NCBI GenBank assembly: GCA_050273025.1
Contig: CP158636.1
Span: 9,734,001 to 9,798,000, forward strand
DNA from: Cenococcum geophilum
Lineage: Eukaryota
DNA: 64,000 nucleotides
Direction: 5' to 3'
Position numbers and translations under genes: made by a program. This document shows positions 37,201 to 51,151 of this stretch, piece by piece. The notes under the pieces are model-generated. The model did not search any database, was not told where the DNA came from, and saw only the letters and a list, made by a program, of their open reading frames with translations. Numbering within the stretch: position 1 is the first letter of the stretch; every line of letters begins with the position of its first letter.

Positions 37201-40200
37201 AGGGTATTTTTAGGTAGGAGAGCAAAAGTCCTACCGCAGAACTTAGAGTACAATTATATAATTAATTTAAAAGAAGGTAAATAACCGCCAAACCTTCCTA
37301 TCTATAACCTCTCGCGTAAAGAGCTTAAGATCCTATAGGAGTACCTTAATAGGTTACTAGAAAAGGGGTAGATCCGGCCTAGTAAGTTGCTATTAGGCGT
37401 ACTAATCCTCTTTATCCTAAAACTAGATAGAACCATAAGGCTATGCGTAGACTATTACGGTCTTAATAAGATTACAATTAAGAACCGTTACCTACTACTA
37501 CTGGTTAGTAAAATGCTAGATTAACTATTTAGGGCGAAGATCTTTACAAAGCTAGATTTATAAGACACCTACTATAGGCTCCGTATTAAAGAAGGGGATA
37601 AGTAGAAGACCGCTTTTAAGACCTAATACGGCCACTTTGAGTATCTGGTAATGCCTTTTAGGCTAGCCAATGCGCCTATAATATTCTAATTATATATTTA
37701 CAGAGCCTTAGGGGGACTAGTTAACCGCACATGCGTTATTTATTTAGATAACATCTTAATCTACTTAAAAGATAAGGATTAATACGAATAACACGTCCGC
37801 AAAGTGCTGGAATGTTTGGATAATTAGGGCCTCTACGCTAAGGCGTTAAAGTATATCTTTAATACTAAGCAGGTTGAGTTCCTGGGTTACATTATAACGC
37901 CTATAGGTGTAGTTATAGACTTAGTATGGGTGTAGATAATTTAGGAGTGGCCAGAGCTAGAGAGCTACTGGGATATTTAAGTGTTTCTAGGCTTTGCCAA
38001 TTTCTATAGGCGCTTTATCTATAACTACTTGGATATTACCCGATACCTATTCGACTATATTGCGGAAGCTTCCTAAGACCTAACCTAAGAAGTAAAAAGC
38101 TTAAAGGCGGCAAGGAAGAAAACTAAGAAGGGACTAACTAAATGGTATAAGCCATGGTTATGGCCCAGAAAAGTTTAGGAGGCCTTCTGGGAACTTCGCG
38201 TAAAGTATATAAAAGCTTTATTGCTGCGGCATTTTAACCTAGATTAGCTATTAATAATAATTACTAATGTATCGAATTTTGCCCTCATTAGTATCCTATT
38301 ATAACCCGATAGACATCTAGACGCTACCTAGCTCTATTAGAGACTAGTAGTATTTTATAATAGAAAATTCCAGGGACCTAAAGTTAGGTATTATACCCAC
38401 AACAAGGAACTGCTAGCTATAGTCGACTGCTTTAAATAGTAGCGATACTACCTTAAGCACGCGAGCTATACCACTTATATACTTTTAGATCACCATAATC
38501 TACGCTACTTTATAACTATAAAGGAGCTTACACCTCAACAAGCTAGATAGGTAGAGGAGCTTATATAATTTAATTTTAAGATCGAATATAAGCTAGGGGA
38601 AAATAACCCTACTAATAGACCGTCACGACGGCTAAACTATACTAAAGGCTTTAAAATAGGAGAAGGAAAACAGATAATAGATATCTTACTCCCTATATTG
38701 CAGAACAAGCTCCAGGTGTGGGATACTCGAGCACCTATAACTTTATGCACTAAGTCTTAGGCGGTGTAAGCCCTATTGGTTTTTACTAACGTTCCGGCTA
38801 GTACCCAGTCCGTTGCTGATGAGGGTCTAAATATACCTAGATAGGACGTCCCTAATATATTCTCGGAACCTGGTAATACACTATCTCTAATTGCTAAGCT
38901 ATCCCCTTAAACAAATAGCGAAGCCATAGAGCAATCGGAACTTGGAGCCCTATAATAACTAAAGGACTTTAACCTTATAGCGGCCTTCCTAATATACGCG
39001 CATTAAAGAGTTATAAGATCTATAGTACCATCTAGTCTTATACTTAGAGCAGTATAGGATAAAATAGCTTTTACCTAGGAACTATTTAAAGGGTTAACGG
39101 ATTTCATCCGTGAGGTATAATAGAGGGACGCTTTTTATGCCATTCTTAATACGGAAGTAGACCGGAAATATAACGGAAAGGAAGCTACTAGGTGCTACCA
39201 TTAGGAACTAAACCCGATAGGCCTACTACGTAAAGATGGTAAGATTTGGGTGCTATAAGAAGCAAATCTACGACAGAAGATTCTTATAAAGAATTATAAT
39301 AATCCTTTAGGCGGCCACTATGGTCAAGCAAAGATAGTAGAATTACTTTAGCGTAAATACTATTAGCTAAGGCTTAATTAGGAAGTAAAGGAGTATATTA
39401 GCTATTATAAGAAGTGTTAAGTATATAAGATCCGCAGGCATAAGCTATAGGGTCTACTTAAATTAGTTCCCCCTACTAGTAAGCTATAGCGATATTACGC
39501 CATAGACTTTATTACGGATCTCCCGCTATCTAAAGACGGCCAAGGACGAACATATGATTCGGTCCTCGTACTTATTAATAGGTTTTTAAAGTACGTCTAA
39601 TACCTTCCTATTAACAAGACGATTAACGTATAAGAGCTTGCCAACCTAATTAAGGAGAAATGCTTTCTTAAAGTAGATTAGCCGCACTCTATTATTACTA
39701 ATAGGGGCAGCATCTTTATAAGTTAGTACTAGTTAGATCTATATTTCCATTTAAAGATAGACCACCAGTATAGTACGGCTTTTTACCCATAGACAGATAG
39801 GTAAACGGAATGCTAGAACTAGGAACTAGAGTCTTACCTATAGATATATTTAAACTACTAGCAAGACAATTAGTACGAGCTACTTCCGTACGCGGAGTAC
39901 GCTTATAATTTAAAGCAATATACATTGCATAAGTATGCACTAATCCAGATTGCCTATGGCGTTTAATTATTTGGGTTTAATAGTATACCCGACGATCACT
40001 GGCTAAGGCCGTATAATTAGTTATGGGATCCTACCGGGAAGTCCAAGGACATTCACCAGAGAGTATAAAGATACCTCTAGGAATGGGAGGAGTAATAAAA
40101 GCATGCGAAGCAGAGCCTATAAGATGCTTAAGAGTAGCAGAGACTTTAGTATAACTATAAGCACCAAAACAAGCATTTTGGAGTAGGCGATGAGGTTCTA

Positions 40201-43197
40201 TTACGTTCAACAAATATTAAGACCCGTTAACTATTAAAGAAGCTTAATACAAGATACCTAGGTCCCTTCTAAGTTAAGGAACGAATTAGTAAGCTAGCCT
40301 ATTGTCTTTAGCTACCCCTATCTATAGCCCGTATATATCTAGTGTTTTACATAAACCTACTAGAGCTATAGCATAGACTACCGCCAGAAAAGAACTTCCG
40401 TCTAGGTCTAATTAAACACTCTAAAGTGGTAGGCGAGCGGTATAAGGTTAAAGCTATACTACGCTATAAGTTTGTTAAGAATAAGCTTTAATTTAAAGTT
40501 AAATAGCTAGGCTAGCCCGCTAAGGACTCTATATAGGAACCAGAGGATTACCTTAATTATTGTAAAGATATTCTAAAAGAATATTGGGACCAAGGTCCAT
40601 AATCTATAAGTTATAGAAAGCGCTCTAATACTACAGTATTATCGCGACCTATAAAGAAAGCTTGTAAAAAGAGTAAATAGGTCAAATTGGATATAGAACG
40701 GACAGGCTCCGGAAACCATAGGGATAGGGCTACGGCCCAAGGCAGGACGGGTCCTTAGCCTTTTCACGTACATAGCATAGAGTTAATAGGGCATTTTGCT
40801 AGAATTGTATTCCCATTCATTAATCTATACTAGGAACATTATTCTTAGGGCTTTTAAGCCCTTTCCAAAAGCCTTATAAGGCCTTCCCAAGCACCTAATC
40901 GAGGTCCTTAATTGCTACTATGTATAAGAACGAATCCCAAAAGTCTAAACCATAAATGCCCAATCTAAAAAGCCACTACGCCTCATTATCAGAAGTAGGA
41001 TTAGTATCCATCGGGCCACCAAGTAATGGCTAACGAGAATGGGATCTAGATGCCTTAGTAGGCGTATAAGTAGGCATAAAAACAGGGGCAGGATAATGAG
41101 GTATAGCTGGAGCAGAGACTCTTAAACGCTTAACACCAATATTAGGTCCAAACCAATACCAATAAAGCTCTTGCGGCGTAAGCTTATAGTTAATAAAGAC
41201 ACGCTTAAGCCTAAAATAAACAGAGACGTTAGCTGGCTAGCATAGTCTAAAACCACCGAGACCTTACTACGGCAACCGTTAGTTACCTATCCACTAGGTA
41301 CCCAAAGGGTAACCTACCTAATACCACATCATGTTATACTCTTTTAAAACTTAACGCGTATACGCGAACTCCTTCCTATAGTAAACGGCAACCTTCTTCT
41401 CATTACCCCCATCCCTTACCCTATCCTCAGTATACTAACCTTACTCTCGTATCAGGCGTTACTAGCTAGCTTACTAGGAATTATGGGTAGTGTAGATGGC
41501 CGTAACATAGTCTCAAATTCGGCTAAGTCGTTTAGCATTTGCGCTGGAATAAAAGAGAGCCCGGGCGATATAGTAGTTAAGGACATTAAAGGAACGTCGC
41601 CACTTAAGCCCAGGCTATTATTAAAGCTTAAAGTTAGCAATGGAAATCTATCAAGGATAAAAAAACTCACCTTAACGCAACTGCCGCTCTTAGTACGCAT
41701 GCATTAATTACAAGGACTAAAGGTATTAGATCTAACGCAGTGCGTCTTATTATAAGCCTCCAGAATCCTATTATTAGATTTCTGGTCTTTTAAAGATGTA
41801 TAGGCAAAATTATTTAGGCAGGACCAGCACCAGTTGCGGGTTAGCGGGGGTTAGGGTTCTATATATAAAGGCAGGGCCAGGATACGCTATAGAATTTACT
41901 TAAAAGAGCAGTTAGCAGGAGAACAAAGAGGTATATTAAATTATTAATGAAAAAGAAGAAAATCTTAATGATATATCGAAGATACGTCTAAAATTGGACG
42001 ACGGTTAATGGCGAGAAGTAAGGTGTTTAAGAAAAGGAGCAGCTTAATAAGCAAGGTGTCTTTATACTTCACCTTCCAATACCCTTTTAGTGAATAGCCG
42101 CAACCTTGCTAATATAACTCCGTTATAATAGCGCTATTCAAAAAGAAGGAAACACGCGTATAAGTTATTTAACTATTACTTCCTTACAAAAACTAACTAC
42201 GCGGCCGGGGGAAGGCAATTAAGACGTTAAATTAAAGACGTATATGGGTTAAATTAGACCTAAAACAATACTATAGTATCAAAGAATAACGTCATAGACG
42301 TTCTTAACAATCGCATAATAGCTACAATTGCTATCGCGAAATGTCCCTGTTTGCTAGGTAGTAGAGCTACGCTAAATATACAGCACAGGACCACCAGATT
42401 TAAAACCACATGCACTAAATCTTAAGAGACAAGTCTCTTTAACTAACTAATTAATACCTTAACCGCATCTAATAACCTAAGGGCAAATGCGGGAGCAATG
42501 CGTCAGTGACGCAGGGGATTATAAGAAAAGGATTATAAGAAAAGATCATAGACCACATCTCAGCAGTTAAAGACGACGGTAAGCCAAGGCTCCGTACATC
42601 AAATCCCATACTAAAGGTTCTACAGAACTATACCGGAACACCAAATTGCCTATAATACTCGTAATTAATTACAGACCGGCATAAAGGCTTAGAAGTAGAG
42701 TTATATAAAAATCCTTATATTAGCCCAGGTAGTCACCGGTATACTTCCGGTAGGCTTCTAATAGGTCTCTTAGCAATCCTCACGTCTTTTCTCTAGTTAT
42801 GTTTTTTCCTTATTAAGGTTTTTTAGGAGTTTAAAGTAGGGGTTAGATAGATAGATAATATACAGCGGCATACCAATACCTCTCTAATATCTCTCTAAAC
42901 CTCTTCCGGGATAAGCCCTTATAATCTCCCTATTGTAAGGTAATGGCGATTAGGGGCCGACTGTAAGAAGGGGGGGGGGTAATATAAGGGATATTATTGC
43001 GGACACCTTAGGTTACCCTTAGGACAACCCCCAGACGCCCCTTAGATAGTCGCCGGTCACGTACTGGAGGCACGTGCCCGTAGTATATAGTCTCCACAAT
43101 CCTAGAGGCCTTACCTCCTTAAGGATTCGTCTCTCTTACTAATCTATCTTGTTCCAATTGTGTCCTTATAGCCCCCTGTCTACAAGATCCCCTTATA
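34277..43197 (+). mobile_element. Gypsy chromovirus family C, full length (8.9 kb) with a 2.3-kb 3' extension
   Basis: 215-bp LTRs at 34277-34491 and 42983-43197, TSD tatac, G-run PPT. RT YLD(D)ILI at 37741, RNase H, integrase, and chromodomain at about 40435-40590. Confidence 0.95.
40817..41934 (-). pseudogene. Antisense 3-exon gene inside element C, about 340 aa, with an N-terminal six-Cys (Zn2Cys6-like) motif
   Basis: Exons 41934-41671, 41626-41268 and 41210 to about 40817. Introns gtgagt..gctaac..ag (41670-41627) and gtaagg..gctaac..ttag (41267-41211) are phase-consistent. Motif CX2C-X26-C-X8-CX2C-X7-C. The start is an ATA presumed RIPed from ATG. Confidence 0.7.
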
Positions 43198-44678
43198 TAT
43201 ACTTACTCCGTAACAGATATATAGAGTAGGCGGCTTATCTAGCCTAAAACTCTACCCTTAACCCCTTTTTTTATAAAAGAAATTAGCATTTTAATAGAAA
43301 ACCTTATACGGCCCTAAATTAATACTATTTACTAGGTAGATGCTATGCGTAAAGATAAGGCCTTTAAGAAAGATATATAGCTTAACCCGTAACAGATCCG
43401 TATACTATACCGCCCCTAAAATAGCTATATTACGCCACCTATACTAAAGACTTAGGAAGCTAGTAGTAACCTAGCTAAGTTAACTATAGAGGACTTAGGC
43501 CCTACGCAGCTATAAAGGAGAGCTAGGAATATTAGACGCTATACTAAACTAATAAATTAGAAAAACAACTTATAGAAAATAAAACGTAAGCTAAGGAAGA
43601 TTATAAACCCTATACTATAAAATACAACCTAATAGATATCCGTAAAGAAACTAGCTGACCTCTTACTAGTTAACGTCTACTATATTAGTGCTATAGGATT
43701 CTACCAGAACTTAGTTTAGCTTAATACTATTACCTTTATAACTAGCTTATATAAAGTTAATTAAATAATTATAGAAAAGAAAAGTAAGATTAGCGGATAA
43801 AAAAGCGAGCTTATAGATAAAAAACTAGTAGAATAAAAGCTGCCCTATTAATACTAGAAATTTAAGGACGTATTCTCTAAAGTAGCGTCTAATATACTTC
43901 TACCTTATTAACTATATAACTATAAGATCGAGATTAAGCAAGGTAAGGAAAATACCCTTAGCTTTAGCCCCCTCTGTAAGCAGTTTATTGCTAAATTATA
44001 GGCTATAAAGTAGTATCTTATTAATAACCTAAATAAGGGCTTTATTAAGCCTAGCTAAGCCTCTTTTACCTTGTCTATTTTCTTTATTAAAAAGCTAAAT
44101 AGAGGACTTTACTTTTATATTAACTATTATAAGCTAAATAACCTAACCTATAAGGACCGCTATCTACTACCTTTACTTAATAAGACTTTTGCCTAAATAA
44201 GTAGAGCTAAGGTCTTTATAAAGCTTAATATCTATTAGGCCTTTTACTAAATTAGGATAAACCCTAGGTTTAAGGATCTTACTATATTTTAGACTTATTA
44301 TGGAACGTATAAATATAAGATACTTCCTTTTAGACTAACTAACGGACTAGCTATATACTCTTTAACTACCTTAACGACTTCTATACGGCCTATTTAGATA
44401 ATATTATAATCTACTTTAAGAATAAGCTAGAATATAAGAAGTATATCTATAAAGTTTTATAACGGCTCTATAAGGCTAGCCTCCAGGTTAATATTAAGAA
44501 GTTAAAGTTTAGTATTAAGCGTATAAAGTACCTAAGTATTATTATTAGTATAAATAAAATTAAAGCCAACCTAGAGAAGATAGCTATAATTAACTAGTAA
44601 GCACCCCTATAGACCATAAAGAGGGTATAATTATTTTTAGGTTTTTATAACTTCTACTAACACTTTATTAAGAACTAT

Positions 44679-44816
44679 CCCTTTCTACGCCGGTTTGCGT
44701 CCACGCATATTAATAAGGGTTTAGCCGATTATAAGCTCTCGTTTACCTAAGAGCTTGGCGTTTATACTAATGTTTATAGGCTTGGCGCCAAACTATAGAC
44801 GCTAGTGTGAAAAGGG
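44679..44816. mobile_element. 138-bp MITE with CCC..GGG ends and 2-bp AT duplication
   Basis: TIR ccctttctacgccgg / ctagtgtgaaaaggg. Removing it plus one AT restores the B' pol frame FIKNY-SRITxPL. Confidence 0.85.
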
Positions 44817-45535
44817 ATAGTAGGATTACTTAGCCTCTTAACCGTCTTACTAAAAAAGACCAGCCCTTTTACTTTAATGCTATATATAGGTAGGCCTTTA
44901 ATAAGCTTAAAAAACGGCTAGTATTAGCTCCTATATTTACCCATTTTAACCTAAAACGTCCCTTAATGCTAAAAACTAATGCCTTAGATAGCATAATAGC
45001 TAGTATTTTTCTTAGAAGCAACTAGACGGAGAATAGTACCCTATTATATACTATTTAAAGACTATAATAGATGCTAAGCTAAACTACCACATCTATAATA
45101 AAGAAATGCTAGCTACTATCTCTAGCTTTTAGTACTAGCGTATATAGCTAAAGGGGACCCCTAAGCCTATTAAGGTAGTTTTAGATTATAAGGCCCTAGA
45201 ATACTTTATAATAACTAAGGCCCTTATAGCCTAGCAAGCGCGCTAGGCGGATATCCTATTTTAGTTTAACTTCTTAATTATATATAGACTAGGCGCTATA
45301 AACCGTGTGGACGCTTTTATAAGGCGTAAATAAGACCTAAATAACTAAGTAGCTATGAATATCTTATTACGGACCTAGATGCTACTATAACTAAAATATT
45401 TTAACCCCTAAATATAGGCAGAACTAAGTATAGACCTCTTAAGCGCCAAGATATATCCTATTAACTCCTCTAAACTTAACCTTATTAATAAACTACTATA
45501 GGCTAACTAAATAACCCTCTCTTTATAGAAGTACT

Positions 45536-48500
45536 TGTTATGTAACTCGTATTAAGCTGTTTATTGATGAAATGGGTTAATTAATTGATGATCTTAATTG
45601 TGTCTTTTTTTCCGTTGATTGACCTAGGGTCCCTAGGCTTAGACGAAGATATTTACAATACACGTAACCCGTGTACGTGACCCGTGCACGTCCTACGCTA
45701 TAGAGAATATAGATTATTTGACATACCCCCTTAGCTTTAACCTAGTTAAGAACGAAGCTAACTACCTTCTCGTGTCCGTTAGTGCGTTAATTAAACTATA
45801 ATCTTATCTAAATCCTTCCGTCTCGCTCTAATATTTTCCCTTAGGTCCTCTAATTGCTTCTCCTTATTTAGCCGCTCCTTGATATCCACTATTCCGATTA
45901 TATTAATAAAGCTCTTAAACCTCTGCTTGGGCAGGGCCTTCGTAAGTCCATTGGCAATCATCTCCTTTATTGCTTTCCATTAAAATAGCACTTATCTTAT
46001 TGCGTATTCTTAACGCAACTAGTGTTAATAGATGTCGACGTATTAGAGCTTTGTGATTAGCTTTACCGTATCTTCTATAATTAGTTGGAGTGTCTAGGTG
46101 TTATTATAGTTAATAATTAAGGGCTTATTTAGCCTTAACGTTATTACTTTAAGCAGCCTACTAATAAAGATAGCTTCCTTTGCTGTCTATAATAGGGCTA
46201 ATAGCTCGGCTTCTATGCTTAACGTCGTAACCGTACCCTGCTTATTTGCTCTCTAGGCGATCAGCCCCCCGAATAGCTTTATAATGTATCTTTATAAGCT
46301 CTTTCTGTTGATAGAGTTATCCGCGAATAATGCATCGCTAGCATAGATAAATAATTGCGCTTTACTTCTACCGTCTCTGTCGTCTCGTCCTTAGTCACGT
46401 ATTTCTTTATCTCTCCCTCTACCGTTTATTCCTTCCTTATCTCCTCCATAGTAGATTGCTCTGCTCCTCGTGCTATATAGGTACTAGATGACTCTGTCTG
46501 CCGCTTAATAGTGCTCTTAGCTTAGGTCCTAATTAAACCTTATTAGCCGTAATACTGTAAAGGTAATATCTGGACGCGTTATAGTAGCTATATAGAGTAC
46601 TAAACCCAGTTTTCTCTAATATAGCATTATAGGAGCTAGTAGGGATATAGGACGGACTAATAGGTTTGTATTAGGGGACGGACGCGTTAGACGGATTATA
46701 CGGTAATTAGTAGGGAGGAGTTCCGATTCTGCCATAGGAGTATCTAGAAGACGCCCTCTAAGATCTATCTTATACTAGTTAGCTATCTTCTTAATATAGG
46801 CTTCCTAGGATAGCTATAGGAGCCTCTAGCTATAATTACGTAGCATATAGATTTCTAGGAACCATTTTAGCTCGCTAAGGGTACTTATCTAGTATTCCTT
46901 ACTTAGCTCCTTAATTGCTTTTTAAGCTTTCTTTTTATCTGTCTTTTAGTAGCAGAAGACAATATTATTAACATAGAAGAAGACAACTATTCTACCTTTT
47001 AGCATAATATACGGCTCCTAGGGTACTTTTTTAAAACCCAATTCGTTTAATAAGCTTGTGAGATTCTTCTGCTATAATAGTGGTGATCGTTATAGTCTAT
47101 ATAGGGCTTTTCTTAAGCGTAGTACTTTGTCTATCTTTCCTTTATTAAACCCTAGCGGTAGCTTTATATAAACAACCTTATTAAAATCGCAATAGATAAA
47201 CGTATTAACTGTATCTATCTATATCGTCTCTAGGTTAAATTTTATAGTAATCGCCATAAGGGTTTAAAAGGTTGTACTAGCTAATATAGTAGCTCTTATA
47301 GGTAGGTCTCCTAGGACCTATTAATTTCCGTAAACTACTAAGCGTGCCTTATATTTCTAGAGAAATCTATACTTATCCATCTTATAGACGAACACCCACA
47401 TTAAGCTAAGGACCTATTGTCCCTTTATATGCTTCTTATCTGTTTCTTAAAACGACCTCATTTAATAATAAGATTAGAGATGGGCTTATTAAGCCTCTTA
47501 GAACTAATCTTAAAGAGGATACGTATTAAGGTCCTAAATTAACTAGGGTAGCGGAGGTAGGTTCTTCCTATATAATCTAATATCGCGTATTCTGCCTGAT
47601 TTTAGCTTACTATCATTAAGTTAACTATTAAGGTTAAACTTCCTTTCTGCTAAGAAGGCGCCGTGATAGGCTAATGTGATCCTTTTAGTAACAAAGTCTT
47701 TAAACCTATTATCGCTAGCTTTCTTAAACGAGTCTTTAACTGAGTTGTTAGACACCCCCTAAGTGTTAAACGCATCTCCTGCTTAATAAGCGACGTTTTA
47801 ATTAGTACCTTATACATCTAACTTCGTAGGATACTCGACGTGAAAGGCACATAGAGATTCTTCGTCTTTTTCTATTAGAGGTGGTGTACAGTACGTATCT
47901 TTAAGAGCTCTTGCAAGCTTAAGATCTGCTAACTTATTAAAGGTTCACACTAGTTCATTAACGTTGTCGTCGTCTTCCTCTTAAATTAACGGTTTAAATA
48001 TTTCTTTATCGTCTTTCAGAAGAACCTTATTCTTAGTTAGGGTATTAGGGAGTTAAATCTTCTCAATTAGTGTATCTAATTCAGCGTATAGGTCCTTTAA
48101 GATGTCCGTTCGCTTACCGTTAAAGAACATCTTTTTATTAAAGATAACGTCCCTTATAGAGATAACGATACCTTTATATAGGATCTAGATCCTATAGATA
48201 TTAGTAGAGTTATAGCTAACGAGGTAGCTAATATAGGCTCGCGGATCTAGCTTGCTCAGCCTTTTCTTCTTTAGCTAGGCGTCCGACGTTATTACGTACG
48301 CCCTACAGCCGTAGGCTTTTAGGTGCGCTAGTTGCGGCTTTCTTAATCTCCTATTAGCTAGGAAGGTATAGAACCTCTTATATAGCGATTTCCAACCAAA
48401 GCTTTCCCATGGCGTTTAATCTCGAAGGTAGACTATATAGTTAACTATCTTATTCCATAGGTTATATAGTAAATTAGCAGCAATTCTTATTGCACGTACT

Positions 48501-51151
48501 CTCTTAATAATTACACCCCCTAAGCGTTCGGCGGTACTATTCTATGCTTAGGTATATAGCGCCAAAGGCTTAAATATAATCCCTTGCGTCCGTAGCCATT
48601 TAAGAGTTCTTCTTCTCCCTAGCTTGTTGTCTAATCTAATAGTATTAACTTTAAGGTTATACCTTAGACGAATCCATTAGATAAAATCTTTAAGTACTTA
48701 TAGTGTCTCCTTCTCCTTGCCGTGCGTTATTATAAAATACGGGAAGGATCTTCCTAAGAAGGTATTGTAGATAAGTATAACTCGTATAAATCTAGTATAC
48801 GCTTTCTTAAGGTTAGTTTAGTTAATATAGAGGTTAAGATAGGGTTTATTAATTTTCTATTTTAAGAACCTTCTTAAAACCTAACGCTTAATTTTGGCGA
48901 GACTGTAATATTAACATTCCGTTATCTTTAGGCCTTAAAGCTTAACTCCTAGGGCGTTAAGACCTAGATAATAAAGGGTTATAGGTCCTAGATGACCTAG
49001 ACGCAGATGCTATAGTTGTGTATCACCTTTTAAATCTAGACGAACGTCTCTTAATAATACTCTGCGCTTCCGTTAACGGCGCGGTAGACGGCTAATATTA
49101 AATACGGATTTTAAGCTTCCTAATTAGACATATTTAATAGTCTATTATCTATAACGTTCTTCTATTTAATATAGGGTTATGTTATCCTTTTAAACTAGAA
49201 GATTATTATCTCCTTTATTATCCTAATAGTACCCTTATTTTTAAAGTAGATAAAACAACACTAGGTTTATATTAAAGTCCATATAAAAAGTAACGTCCTT
49301 AAGACGTAGGATTCCTTTACTCTTATCTAGTTTTGTAACTTAGATAGTAACATCACTGTAGCCTAGTATAGGGACTTCTAAGCTGCCGGCAATAACGTAT
49401 TTATATCTTAAAGCTTTCCTAAAATTATAAAAACAAGAGAGGTTATTAAAGATATAGAGAGTGGTTCCTAAGTTAAGAATAGTCAATAGCTTTAGTAGAT
49501 AGAGTTAACCGGTTTAATACAATTCTAGGAATATTATATTAGCTTCTCCCTTAATCTTAACTTCCTAGCTCTCGTCCTATCATTATTAAGCCTTATCTTC
49601 TTATTCTTTAAGTCTAATCTTTATAACTTAGTTAGCGAGATTCTTATTCTTTTCTACCTTCTTTAGTGCCCTATTAATGCGAGCATCTCCTATTATAACT
49701 CCTATAGGTCTCTTATCTTTAAATAAACACCAACAGTCCCTAAAGGAGTGTCCTCGTATTCCGCATGCTAAGCACTTAGGAGTTAGCTTCTTACAGGACG
49801 TCTCCTTATCCACTAGTATCCCGGCTCTCTTTAAGCGTCTATTACATGCTAAGGCTCCTCTTCGTAAACCTTTAGTAGTATTAGAGTGATCCTTAATAGC
49901 TTGCTCTACGAAGTCTGTATTAAAGGTACTCCCTCTTATAGTAGTATTGGCTTTCTTTAAGGGTCTTATAAGTCCTTCTTGCAGCTCCTTTACTACTCTA
50001 CGGTATTCGGAAGATCTTAACTTCTGTGGGTTATTTAACTCAGTAGTATACTTTATATAGTAGGCGTCGCTAAAAGGTTAAATAATGTCTGCTAAATCTT
50101 AAAGCCAGATTCCTTCTAACATTTAAGGGATCTTATACTTCTCTCCTAGTACTATTATATATTCCCATTAATCTAGCCATAGGTTTAATTTTAATAACTA
50201 TTTAAACCCCTTAAGGGCTTCCGTATACTAATATTGTACCTTCTTCCTAATAAATAACGAGGTAGGTTTGGTGTTCTCCTTTAGTTAAGATAGCCATTCT
50301 TTAACTATTAAGGAAGGGTTAAGCAGTAGCTTCTTCTAAATTAATACTGTGGACGTAATCTAGGTGCGTATCTATTGCAGATGCTCTTCCTATTTCAGGA
50401 AGTACTTTATGTCTTAGTCGTAGTATTATCTGCTATTCTCATACGCCCTCTATTAATTCGTCGAGAGCTATGCATATAAGGTTGCATTCTCATTAAAATC
50501 TATAACTTCTGGATAGGCTAGTTCTTATAATAGACCTCATTAAGGTACTACATTGTCTGGGTTAACGTGGGCCCAAATTCATTTATCCACAAGGGCTTAT
50601 AGTTGCCAGATCCATTGCTCCCAGTCTTCTAGCTTATTAAGGATAATTATAATAGACGAACTTAACAGTGGAGTCATTTAACTAATAGGCAAAGGAGGAA
50701 TTAAGATGGTATTTTTATTATTAGGATCGTCCTTATTATCAGGATCGTCCTTATTATCAGGATCGTCCTATAACAATTAAGGTGGAATCTCGTGGAATCT
50801 CATGGAATCTCGTGGAATCTCGTCCTGTGACAATTAAGGTAGGATTTCAATTAGGGTCGTCTTGTGACGATGAGGTGTTAGAGTCTAACGATAAGGTAGA
50901 ATTTCTTTAAATGATTAAGTAATAGCTAAATAGCTTCTTAAGTCGGCGGACCAGGCTTATAACTGTTACGTAACTCGTATTAAGCTATTTATTAATAAAA
51001 TGGGTTAATTGATTGATAATCTTAATTATGTCTTTTTTTCCGTTGATTGACCTGGGGTCCCTGGGCTTAGACGAAGATATTTACAATACACGTAACCCAT
51101 GTACGTGACCTATGCACGTCCTACGCCACAGAGAATATAGATTATCTGACA
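45536..51151 (-). mobile_element. Ty1/copia retrotransposon, full length, RIP-inactivated
   Basis: 188-bp LTRs at 45536-45723 and 50964-51151, perfect TSD gtact. PBS-like gttataagcc next to the 5' LTR. Gag CLACGIRGHSFRDC, order IN-RT-RH, FFYV(DD)IV at about 46965 and IA(D)GLTKAL at about 45945. Confidence 0.95.

Larger units (their letters stand above)
33941..43215 (+). mobile_element. Family E solo LTR (33941-34276 plus 43203-43215) split by element C
   Basis: tgtcac..gtaaca with TSD gatat (33936-33940, 43216-43220). Homologous to the LTRs at 55265, 57626, 58500 and 60634. Confidence 0.9.
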
